Positions 45,017 to 54,192 of a stretch of DNA of 64,000 nucleotides are shown here, in pieces. The DNA lies in assembly GCA_020628645.1 (NCBI GenBank), contig JAHDES010000017.1, forward strand, positions 24,570 through 88,569, read 5' to 3'. A program made the position numbers and the translations under genes. The stretch is from Saprospiraceae bacterium. GTDB taxonomy: Bacteria > Bacteroidota > Bacteroidia > Chitinophagales > Saprospiraceae. The first letter of the stretch is position 1, and every line of letters begins with the position of its first letter. A model generated the notes under the pieces. It saw nothing but the letters and a program-made list of their open reading frames with translations. It ran no database searches and was not told the origin of the DNA.

Positions 45017-46292
45017 ACGCGTATTGATGGTCAGTCCGAAAATAGTTTTTGGTTATAACAAGGGGTTTCTTTTTTGCATGGATCACATAGAAGAGGATGA
45101 TAAGGTGGTAGAATAAAATTCCATAATTCATCTCTCCAAATATGCCAAACTCTGTTGCCGAATTTATCATCACAGGAATGAGCATACTCAAACCCATTAA
45201 TTTTAAATCTTTAAGTTTACTCGTAAAAGCAGCATAAAATGTAGCGATCATTTGAAAAAGTACAATAAACATGCCGACCAGCCCCAAATTGATTAATACT
45301 TGTACAAAAGTATTGTGCGTCATGGAGGCAGCATACGAATGAATACTGTCAAATTTATTCGTAAAAGGAGAGGGACTAATACTCATAAATCCATAGCCAA
45401 GAATAGGTCGATCAGGAAATCCATGTGTGATTAAGTCCGACCAAAAAGGCAAACGCCCTGTCATACTCATCACCTCTCCTACATCTCCATCTTTAATAAT
45501 AATCGTTTGAACTAAGATTGGTAGTACAATAATTCCAGCTACTACTGTTCCCATTTGTAGTTTGATATTTCCAGAAATGAGAACAAAAATGAGTGTTACC
45601 AACAAAAAAGCACCAAGCGAAGAACGCGATTGGGTTAATAATAAAACAGCAACATTGATGGCCCAAGCCAAAGTGATAGGAACTTTTCGTCCTCCATTTT
45701 TCAGTTGTACATAATTCATCGTTGCACCAATAACAGCCAGCATTCCCAACTCATTAGGATTGATGATAAAACCACCTAACCTAGAAACTGCCCCACCATG
45801 TGTATCTCTATAGAAGGTAGAAGGATCAACATACAAGCCTATTAAAAATCCAATCGAAATTAAGGTGATTGAAAACCCTAGAATCAAACTCATTGGGCAA
45901 TGCCCATTGGTAGCCGTATCGTATAAAATCTGCAATTTGTAATAAAAGCAAATAAAAACAATGCACTCAAATAACATCAAAAGCTGTAGTATAGTAAAGT
46001 GGACTTCCGTTGACCATAAAATGGACAGCATTCCCAAAAGAAAATAGCAGAGATATAGCATCACCGCCATTGAATTGGTATAGTGAAAGATGTATTCTTT
46101 GAGTTTTTTTTGAACGACCCATAAGAGCGCGAATGAAATACCAGTCATCATAAAACGAAGACCAATTTTTACAACCCTTGTTACACCAACTGAATCTGGA
46201 AATAAGGTGAAATAACTACAAATACGAATAGCCATAATCAGGATAAGCGCCCAATAGATGAGATTCGATCGGTTTGTCGTAGTTATTTCCAT
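45009..46292 (-). CDS. O-antigen ligase / Wzy-like polysaccharide polymerase family membrane protein
   Basis: 427 aa, about ten TM segments, with a larger loop near the C-terminal third. Encoded in the exopolysaccharide locus. Confidence 0.55.
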   Translation of the reverse strand: MEITTTNRSNLIYWALILIMAIRICSYFTLFPDSVGVTRVVKIGLRFMMTGISFALLWVVQKKLKEYIFHYTNSMAVMLYLCYFLLGMLSILWSTEVHFTILQLLMLFECIVFICFYYKLQILYDTATNGHCPMSLILGFSITLISIGFLIGLYVDPSTFYRDTHGGAVSRLGGFIINPNELGMLAVIGATMNYVQLKNGGRKVPITLAWAINVAVLLLTQSRSSLGAFLLVTLIFVLISGNIKLQMGTVVAGIIVLPILVQTIIIKDGDVGEVMSMTGRLPFWSDLITHGFPDRPILGYGFMSISPSPFTNKFDSIHSYAASMTHNTFVQVLINLGLVGMFIVLFQMIATFYAAFTSKLKDLKLMGLSMLIPVMINSATEFGIFGEMNYGILFYHLIILFYVIHAKKKPLVITKNYFRTDHQYAYG

Positions 46293-46311
46293 GGGATGAA
46301 TATTGAATTAA

Positions 46312-47451
46312 TTAGCTTGGCTGATATTGTGGGACTCCATTCTGATAAACACGCACTAATTTTTGGGTAATTGTCTCCCAATTAAATTCTTGCTGTACCA
46401 TTTCAAAGGCATAATAACCTATTTGTGAAAGTTCTTTGGCTTGAAATGCAGCATGTGCTTTTTCTAATTGAAGGGCTAAATTTTCGGGCGTATTTTCGGT
46501 ATAGGTAAAGCCTGCGCCATATTCTTCAATATATGAATTGACACTTGTAGCATAGCTAGTTAAACAAGGCTTACCAATTCCTGCTGCTTCCAACACTGCT
46601 GTTGGAAATCCCTCCATTCGAGAAGTATGCAAAAAGACATCTACATTTGCAAGACGATCAAATTTTTCTGACCCAAATCGCTTTCCATGAAAAGTAACCT
46701 CTTTAGTTAGTTTTAATTTTTTTGCTAAAGCTTCCAATTTAGGTCGATCTACCCCATCTCCTATTAGCTCTAATTGGCCTTTAAAACCTTTATCTAAATA
46801 TTGACGAAAGCCTTTTAACATGATATCTAACCCTTTGTGATACATATCAAGACGACCGCAAAAGCCAAAAATTGGGTGGTCAAATATTTGGTTTACACCA
46901 ACAAAACCAGGTAAATCAGACATATTTTGTCCGTTAGGAATCAAAACATGGTTTGTATCAGCAATAAGCTGTTTAGCATGAGACATTTCACCTACACCTA
47001 GCAATTGAAGTGCTCGCGCATTTTCTATTATTTTTGTTTCAAAGAGTTTAAAATACCACTCTTTAAGTCGTTTGTTTTTTATCATTGCACCTTCTGCAAA
47101 AGCTCCATGAGGGGTATAGATATAGGGAATAGATTGCTGTTGCAAAAGACGAGCGATTCGATAAAAAACAGGAATGAAAGCACCATGTATGTGTACGACT
47201 GTATCTTTCGATAACAGCTTTATGGCTTGAACTAGATTTTTATCTAGCTGGAAAGGATTTTTATATTGTTGAAATAATTGTGTTTTATAAACACGAGGGG
47301 GATAATTCACGCTAAGCGTATTAGCTATTCCCCACAGGGAGACATTATAGCCTAAATTGGTTTGTGTTGTAGCTAATTGATGCGCCACTTTATTAACGCC
47401 ATTCATCCGTTCAGGATTCGCCTTTCCAAGTACAAGCTGAATTATACGCAT
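46312..47451 (-). CDS. Glycosyltransferase, family GT4
   Basis: C-terminal EGFPTAVLEAAGIGKPCLTS (EX7E motif) and a GT-B fold N-terminal domain. Confidence 0.85.
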   Translation of the reverse strand: MRIIQLVLGKANPERMNGVNKVAHQLATTQTNLGYNVSLWGIANTLSVNYPPRVYKTQLFQQYKNPFQLDKNLVQAIKLLSKDTVVHIHGAFIPVFYRIARLLQQQSIPYIYTPHGAFAEGAMIKNKRLKEWYFKLFETKIIENARALQLLGVGEMSHAKQLIADTNHVLIPNGQNMSDLPGFVGVNQIFDHPIFGFCGRLDMYHKGLDIMLKGFRQYLDKGFKGQLELIGDGVDRPKLEALAKKLKLTKEVTFHGKRFGSEKFDRLANVDVFLHTSRMEGFPTAVLEAAGIGKPCLTSYATSVNSYIEEYGAGFTYTENTPENLALQLEKAHAAFQAKELSQIGYYAFEMVQQEFNWETITQKLVRVYQNGVPQYQPS

Positions 47452-47613
47452 AAGTTATTAATAGTGTTTTTTAAGGTAATGTAGATGTTAAGTGCTAAAC
47501 GAAATTTGCTTGTCAAATAACTGCATCTGACTGCGCAATCAGGTTCATCATAAAAAGAATAAAGAACTGACTATTTATCTCGCAAAAGGGAAACTGACCT
47601 TACAGGCACGGGA

Positions 47614-48870
47614 TTAGGCAGTACTACTTACAAATTGAGATTGTTTTTTACTTAATAAAGGTTTTAGATAATACCAATAAGCAAGTAAGCTTAATACTTG
47701 ACAAATTGCCATTCCCAAAATAAGCCCTTGAATTTCCCATTTGCTAATCATCCACTTTGCAAACAATATACTAAACAAGGTACTCAAAAGGTATCCGATA
47801 AAAATAGGTTTTGTGACTTCCAAAGTTCTCAATGCAAAGCGCAGTGGGTATCCTGCATAAACCAACAAATACATTACACAAAATCCCCAGATGATATAAG
47901 CATAGGGTACATAAGCTGCGCCATACAATACATCGAGTAAAAAAGTTGCGAAAATACTGATTAGACTAAGCAAACCAACAATTAACACACCCATTTGAAT
48001 ACTAATACTTTGCAGATATTTTTTCAAGGAATTCATCCCACCTGAAGCATATTGTTGTGCAGCTTCTACAGGAACAATATTTTCCATAACTTGGAAGAAA
48101 ATATGACATAATCCCATAATGTTTTGAGCAATACGAACGGCTCCTACCGCGATAGGCCCTAAAACTCCTGCACTAACGATGATAAAAAAGTTGCCTGATA
48201 ACCATTGTAAGACTGCTGTTCCCAACAACCACTTAGAAAAATCAAAATGTCGATTAAACACTACGGGCAGCTCATTCCAGTTAAATTGTCTATGCGTAGA
48301 TAAGATAAATCCAACAATACAACTGATTATACTCACGATAAGTAAGCTAATAAATACTGTTTGTAATGTTAATATCTCTAAATAAAACAAGACGATTAAA
48401 GCAATCAACTGACCACCGTATAAAATACAATCTAAGCATAAGGCGGCTATTAGTTTTTTCTGACTAAAGAAATATTTTCTATAAAAATCATGTAACAGAA
48501 ATGTCCCAATTAACAAACATAAAAGCGGAATCCAAGAAAAATCAAATAATTCTATTTCCCACCAATATCCTATTTGTGCAATAAGTCCACTTAATAAAAC
48601 GACTCCAGTAACAAAACAAATTTGTAACAGATGTACGGTAGATAAATAAACATTAGTATTTTGTTCCTTTCCACTTATCGTCAACATTGGTTTAGTGACA
48701 CAAGCTTGATTTATACTCAAGGCAAATAAAACGACCATCCAAGCCAAGGTATAAACTCCATAATGATCCAAGCCCAGCCAGCGTGCTAGCAATACGCCTA
48801 AGACAAAATTGCTACCACTGACTACAGCCTGATCGAATAAGCCAATAATTTTTAGTTGCTTTGATGACAT
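47614..48870 (-). CDS. wzx: Polysaccharide biosynthesis protein / oligosaccharide flippase (Wzx-like, MOP superfamily)
   Basis: 418 aa with about 12 TM helices. The Wzx-typical N-terminus MSSKQLKIIGLFDQAVVSGSNF. Confidence 0.65.
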   Translation of the reverse strand: MSSKQLKIIGLFDQAVVSGSNFVLGVLLARWLGLDHYGVYTLAWMVVLFALSINQACVTKPMLTISGKEQNTNVYLSTVHLLQICFVTGVVLLSGLIAQIGYWWEIELFDFSWIPLLCLLIGTFLLHDFYRKYFFSQKKLIAALCLDCILYGGQLIALIVLFYLEILTLQTVFISLLIVSIISCIVGFILSTHRQFNWNELPVVFNRHFDFSKWLLGTAVLQWLSGNFFIIVSAGVLGPIAVGAVRIAQNIMGLCHIFFQVMENIVPVEAAQQYASGGMNSLKKYLQSISIQMGVLIVGLLSLISIFATFLLDVLYGAAYVPYAYIIWGFCVMYLLVYAGYPLRFALRTLEVTKPIFIGYLLSTLFSILFAKWMISKWEIQGLILGMAICQVLSLLAYWYYLKPLLSKKQSQFVSSTA

Positions 48871-48900
48871 AAAATTATGCTTTGGTGATCTTTTTTTACT

Positions 48901-51195
48901 TTAAGCGCTTTCTAATGCACGTAATCGTAATTCAGGATTGTAATAGGCATCATCATATCCATAGTAGCGTTCTGATCGGCGTTTGACATCATTTAAAACG
49001 AGGTATAAATTAGGAATGGCAAATTCTTCGATAAGATCAGAAGTTGATCTAAAATTGCGAATTTTTGATTGTTCCGAACGTACCACCAAAAGATTGAGAT
49101 CTGCTTGATGCATTAATGGTACAGCATCTACCACCATGCCTAGAGGAGGAGTATCAATGATAATCAAATCATAACTTTCTTTTAGGCTATGAATGAAAGC
49201 AATATTCTGTAAAGAAAAAATGATTGGAGATGTAGCTGTATCAAATTTTCCACCAGGAATAACTTGTAAATTTTTCATTTTCGTGCGAACAATTGCTCGT
49301 TTGGGTTTTAATTTTTTCTCAATGATGGCTGCCATACCACGATTATTATTGATATCAAATGCATTGTGAACACTAGGTTTACGTAAGTCCATGTCAATCA
49401 GTAATACTTTTTTTCCTGTCATGCTCATTAACTTCGCCAAATTCGTTGCTGTAAACGTTTTTCCTTCATTGGGAAGCATAGAGGTAATGGTAATGATTGG
49501 TGTTTCACCTTTTAATTGATTACGTTGAAGGATTTCAATATTAGTATACAAATTAGTCAAGGCATCTACTTCTAAACGCTTATCTCTCACTCGATTTACA
49601 AATCCAATAATGGGGTAGTTACTCATCTCGGTAAGATCTTTTTTATTCTTAATTTTTGCCGTCATAAAATGCTTCAAGAAGGAGAATCCAATTCCTCCTA
49701 ACAAGGCAAAAAAGACAGCTACACCATAATACAAAGGTTTGTTTGGAGAGATGGGCGTACTGGCAATTGTAGCTGGATCAAGTACTTTATGAAAGGTATG
49801 ATTTGATCGTCGTGCAATAGCTAATTCGGTACGTTTTTCTGCAAGCAAATTATACATCTGTTCATTAAGCATTACTTCTCGTTGCAAAAAGGCGGTTTCT
49901 CGTTCTTTGTTTGGATATTTTTTAATTTTTTCATCAATTTTAGCAATCGCTTGTTCGAGTTCTGTACGTTTTGTCCCAATATTTTCAAGTGTATTTTTAA
50001 CACTTTCATTAATAAAGACACGAAGACTACTAATTTTATTTTCGATATTGACAATGATATCACTCTCTGGTTGATACTTGAGTAATAAATCTTGTTTTTC
50101 GAGTTCTAAATTTTGTGCTTTTAAATAAGAATCTTTAAATACAGGTTCTAATAAAGACTCAAAATTAGGAGAAAATCCTTGCAGGCTATTTCCAGTAGCG
50201 AGATATTCAAACAGTCGATTAAGTTCTGCTTCTTGAATATCATAATTAACGATTCTAGTATTAAACTCGGAAAGTTGTTTTATGGTAGCATCGGTTTCTT
50301 GTATAGCGTTTACGATACCATTTTGCGCTTTATAATTAGCCAAATTGGCTTCCGATTCTTTTAGTTTTACTTCTACAGAGGCTAATTGCTGATTTACAAA
50401 TTGAAGAATGCCATCCATATTATTTTCTTTATTGGATTGGTAATCTTCAACATAAGTTTGCATTAAAGCATTTAGAAATAGTGCTGCTTTTGCAGGTACT
50501 TCATGTTGATAATATAATTTTACGATAGATACATCCTTGTCTACAGGTCGAACATAAAAATTATCTGCATTGACATTTTTAGCTAATTTTTCAAAGGAAT
50601 TAAATTGTATCCCAAATAAATCATCTATTTGGAGTGCTTGCATTTTCTTCGTTAAAAGAGCCTCATTCTTTTTAATCGTAAATGAGATATGCTCATCTTT
50701 CCAAAGGCTATCTACAGTGATACGGCTACCTGATGCAGCTTCTTTATTAGGCAGTAATTCAAATATATTATTGCCTTGATATCGTAGATAAAAGAGTTTG
50801 TCTTGTGCTTGAGGAGATAATAGTTTATACGAAATCGTAAATGGACTTTCTTTATACATTTCAGTTGTTCTAATATCTCCAATACGATAGTAAGACACGT
50901 CAAAATCTAATTTTTCAAAGGCTTTTTGGATAAGGTTTTTAGATTTAAATACTTCAATTTCTGTCATTACATCATTGGCAATATTGCTAAAGCCTTGGCT
51001 ATCAAAAATATTAATCGTTGATGTACTAAAATCGCGATTATCCAATTTTAATGCGGCACTACTTTGGTATTCAGGAGTAGTATATTTTATCACACGGCGC
51101 GTGAATAAGATAGATAACATAACCAGCGCAACAATGATTGGTAAGCCTTTTATGATGGGGATAATTAATGTTTGTAATTCTTTTTGGAAGTTCAT
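48901..51195 (-). CDS. wzc: Polysaccharide co-polymerase / BY-kinase (Wzc/GumC-type chain-length determinant with C-terminal tyrosine kinase)
   Basis: N-terminal TM, a long coiled periplasmic domain and a second TM. Walker A ITSMLPNEGKTFTATNLA, Walker B DLIIIDTPP, and a C-terminal Tyr cluster YYGYDDAYY. Confidence 0.8.
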   Translation of the reverse strand: MNFQKELQTLIIPIIKGLPIIVALVMLSILFTRRVIKYTTPEYQSSAALKLDNRDFSTSTINIFDSQGFSNIANDVMTEIEVFKSKNLIQKAFEKLDFDVSYYRIGDIRTTEMYKESPFTISYKLLSPQAQDKLFYLRYQGNNIFELLPNKEAASGSRITVDSLWKDEHISFTIKKNEALLTKKMQALQIDDLFGIQFNSFEKLAKNVNADNFYVRPVDKDVSIVKLYYQHEVPAKAALFLNALMQTYVEDYQSNKENNMDGILQFVNQQLASVEVKLKESEANLANYKAQNGIVNAIQETDATIKQLSEFNTRIVNYDIQEAELNRLFEYLATGNSLQGFSPNFESLLEPVFKDSYLKAQNLELEKQDLLLKYQPESDIIVNIENKISSLRVFINESVKNTLENIGTKRTELEQAIAKIDEKIKKYPNKERETAFLQREVMLNEQMYNLLAEKRTELAIARRSNHTFHKVLDPATIASTPISPNKPLYYGVAVFFALLGGIGFSFLKHFMTAKIKNKKDLTEMSNYPIIGFVNRVRDKRLEVDALTNLYTNIEILQRNQLKGETPIITITSMLPNEGKTFTATNLAKLMSMTGKKVLLIDMDLRKPSVHNAFDINNNRGMAAIIEKKLKPKRAIVRTKMKNLQVIPGGKFDTATSPIIFSLQNIAFIHSLKESYDLIIIDTPPLGMVVDAVPLMHQADLNLLVVRSEQSKIRNFRSTSDLIEEFAIPNLYLVLNDVKRRSERYYGYDDAYYNPELRLRALESA

Positions 51196-51228
51196 AATCC
51201 TAAGTTTTGGTTGATTTGTTTGGAATGA

Positions 51229-51972
51229 TTACTTGATAAAAACAGAAACTAGTACAGCTACACCTGTAAGGATACTTACTACGGGTACGGCTTTGCTTAA
51301 TCCTTCGTCTCGATTTTTTTCTTTGGTAGGTGGGATATAAACCACATCATCTGGAAATAAAGCAATATTACTTTCTTTAAACTTGCTAAAATCGGTTAAA
51401 TCAACCGTTAGTTTTTGTGAAAGGGTATCTTTGGTACGGATTATATCTACTGCTGTATTTTTGGCATATTTGGTCATCCCTCCTGCTTCGGCGAGTAATT
51501 CTACCAATTCCATGGCGCTATTTTCCAGGGTATATTTTCCTGGATTGTTGACTTCTCCTAGAACCGTTACATAATGATTGAGAACTTTTACATTGATGAT
51601 TGGGTTTTGAATGTGTTTTTCGTAAGCTTGTTCCAATAAATAATTGACTTCCTTTACACTATAATCGGCTAGTTTAATTCTTCCAAGTTTAGGTAAATTA
51701 ACTTCACCTTCTTTATCTATGACGACCCATTTACCTGTTGATTCATTGGAGTTGAAAACGGTATTGACGGAGCCAATACTAAGATCGTCATGTCCCCATA
51801 TACTGATGGTTAATTTATCGCCTGCTTTTAATTTTGGATCAGTAGTAGAATCAAAAAAAGAAGTGCCTTTATCAGAAGAAGTGGTATTTTCAAAAAGATG
51901 TGCTGTGGTACTACAAGAGCTGAGTACACATATCATTAGAATCGCTGATACGATAACTTTCATGTCTGGCAT
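51229..51972 (-). CDS. wza: Polysaccharide export outer-membrane protein (Wza-like; Poly_export + SLBB domains)
   Basis: Lipoprotein-like signal peptide. Poly_export motif (KLKAGDKLTISIWGHDDLS) and an SLBB-like region (VTVLGEVNNPGKYTL). Confidence 0.8.
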   Translation of the reverse strand: MPDMKVIVSAILMICVLSSCSTTAHLFENTTSSDKGTSFFDSTTDPKLKAGDKLTISIWGHDDLSIGSVNTVFNSNESTGKWVVIDKEGEVNLPKLGRIKLADYSVKEVNYLLEQAYEKHIQNPIINVKVLNHYVTVLGEVNNPGKYTLENSAMELVELLAEAGGMTKYAKNTAVDIIRTKDTLSQKLTVDLTDFSKFKESNIALFPDDVVYIPPTKEKNRDEGLSKAVPVVSILTGVAVLVSVFIK

Positions 51973-52077
51973 TTTGTAGTAAGTTCAATACAAATGTTGG
52001 GTAAACTACTTTTTTGCAAAAGCTGTATCGTCTTACTTAATTCTGGAATTTTTTATTAACGTTTGCACTACAAATGA

Positions 52078-52093
52078 TGCTAGAAAGATGCCA
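52078..52093 (-). promoter_or_regulatory. Candidate sigma54 (-24/-12) promoter for the wza-wzc-... operon
   Basis: The minus strand reads TGGCAT-CTTTC-TAGCA, against the consensus TGGCAC-N5-TTGCW. GG and GC are at the correct 10-nt spacing. It lies about 105 bp upstream of the wza start. A GAFTGA-type sigma54 activator gene lies divergently 400 bp away. Confidence 0.3.
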
Positions 52094-52493
52094 CACCTCC
52101 TATTTTAGATTATCATTCTATGAATCAAATCTTTATATATTGTTTCAAAATCTATGTATTCTAAAAATGGGAAATTGCAGTTTCAAAACTAGAAATGGCA
52201 TGATATTCGTTCTTTTTTTGTTAAAAAAGGAGAACAGAAGTCTACCCATCTTAACACACCTATACCCCTACACACTAATTATTATTCAAACTCCTTTGAC
52301 CAAAAAACACCCAAGAGTTACCATCAAATAATTAATACCCCCTTACTTATTTTGATTTCTTGTAATCAAATTACTAAGAAGTTTGTACCTTCATAAAACA
52401 TTAAGAGACCCAACAACATAAACTAGAGAGAAAGATTTGAAGGAGAATATTATTAAATTTATGCCTAGATATAGTTTAAAGTGGAGCTAACCA

Positions 52494-53867
52494 ATGGAAA
52501 AAAAATTTGATCCTGTACGAATATTTGTGGTTGAAGATGATCCTATGTATCAACGTATGGTCAAATATATCATGGAACTCAATCCCGATCATGAGGTTCA
52601 TCTTTTTAATAATGGAAAAGCCTGCCTTAAACAACTCCACCTCAACCCTAGTATTATCTCTTTAGATTATACCTTACCTGATTTTACAGGAGAAGAAATT
52701 CTCAAAAAAATCAAGGAATTTAATAGCGATATTGGTGTCATCATTCTTTCTGGGCAGCAAGATGTTTCTACTGCTGTCAATTTATTAAAAGAAGGGGCCT
52801 ATGATTACATTACCAAGGATACGGAAACCAAAGAGCGTTTATTAAACTCTTTGACCAATATTAAGAAACACATTGCTCTTCAAAATGAAGTAGAAACGTT
52901 AAAAACTGAACTACAACAAACGTATAGCTTCGAGAAATCAATTGTCGGAAATAGTAAGCCGATGCAGCGTATTTTTAGGTTGCTCGAAAAGGCGGTAAAG
53001 ACGAATATTACGGTCTCTGTTACAGGAGAAACAGGAACAGGAAAAGAAGTCATTGCTAAAAGCATCCATTATAATTCTCCAAAACGAAAAGCCCCATTTA
53101 TAGCCGTCAATATGAGTGCCATTCCAAAAGAACTACTAGAAAGTGAGTTGTTTGGTTATGAAAAAGGTGCATTTACAGGAGCTAATGCTCGAAAGAAAGG
53201 GAAATTTGAATTAGCAGATGGCGGTACGCTATTTTTAGATGAAATCGCTGAGATGGACATTAATATGCAAGCTAAAGTCTTGCGTGCGATCCAAGAACGT
53301 GAAATCACACGATTAGGCGGAGAAAAACCCATTAAATTTGACGCAAGAATCATTGTTGCTACGCATCAAAATTTAGCCGATCAAATTGAAAAGGGTAATT
53401 TCCGTGAAGACTTATATTATCGTTTATTGGGATTGCCTATTCATTTGCCCCCACTTCGTGAACGTGGCAATGATATTATTTTGCTGGCGCAATATTTTCT
53501 CAAAGAGTTTGTCAAACAAAATGGGATGTCGCCTCTAGAAATTAGTAAAGATGCCAAGAAAAAATTGATGGCATACAGCTATCCCGGTAATGTACGTGAA
53601 CTCAAAGCTATAATTGATTTAGCAGCCGTAATGTCTGATGGCGAACAAATTTTGGCAGAAGATATTACCTTCAATGGCACAAAAAAAGCGGGCTCATTTC
53701 TTACCCAAGAAATGACCTTTGAAGAATATAAACGCAATATCATTTTCCACTATCTGGAAAAATACGATAATGATATAATTTTAGTCGCTCAAAAATTAGA
53801 TATTGGTAAATCGACCATTTATCGCCTTTTACAAAACGAAAAATCGCAACAGCGATCCATGAATTAG
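52494..53867 (+). CDS. Sigma54-dependent response regulator (NtrC family)
   Basis: Receiver domain; AAA+ sigma54-interaction domain with VSVTGETGTGKE and ESELFGYEKGAFTGA (GAFTGA); C-terminal Fis-type HTH. Confidence 0.85.
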   Translation: MEKKFDPVRIFVVEDDPMYQRMVKYIMELNPDHEVHLFNNGKACLKQLHLNPSIISLDYTLPDFTGEEILKKIKEFNSDIGVIILSGQQDVSTAVNLLKEGAYDYITKDTETKERLLNSLTNIKKHIALQNEVETLKTELQQTYSFEKSIVGNSKPMQRIFRLLEKAVKTNITVSVTGETGTGKEVIAKSIHYNSPKRKAPFIAVNMSAIPKELLESELFGYEKGAFTGANARKKGKFELADGGTLFLDEIAEMDINMQAKVLRAIQEREITRLGGEKPIKFDARIIVATHQNLADQIEKGNFREDLYYRLLGLPIHLPPLRERGNDIILLAQYFLKEFVKQNGMSPLEISKDAKKKLMAYSYPGNVRELKAIIDLAAVMSDGEQILAEDITFNGTKKAGSFLTQEMTFEEYKRNIIFHYLEKYDNDIILVAQKLDIGKSTIYRLLQNEKSQQRSMN

Positions 53868-54192
53868 ATTACACGGACTTAAATGGGATATTCCCTTTTT
53901 ACTACTGGTATTCTACTTTTTTAGAATAAAAAAGTATCACTTGCAATAAACGTCCCCCCTTCACATTGATAATCATATAGTTCTTATTTCAAACAAGAAA
54001 AGCATATTTCGTATCCGTCTTTGAATTGACCAAAACCATTTGTTAGGCTTTCCCTCCAATTCCTTTTTCTTATTTGATCAAACACTGATATATCTACCCT
54101 ATAGATATACCTTATTTAGTGAATCTTACGCCGTATTGAATTAAGGAAATTTTAATTCAGGGCAATACGAAAAAACTTTTTAACCAAACGTC

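Noticed and set aside
52074-52331. 85-aa ORF in the intergenic region upstream of the EPS operon.
   Set aside because: It overlaps the candidate promoter region, has no ribosome-binding context, and its composition is typical of translated AT-rich intergenic DNA.
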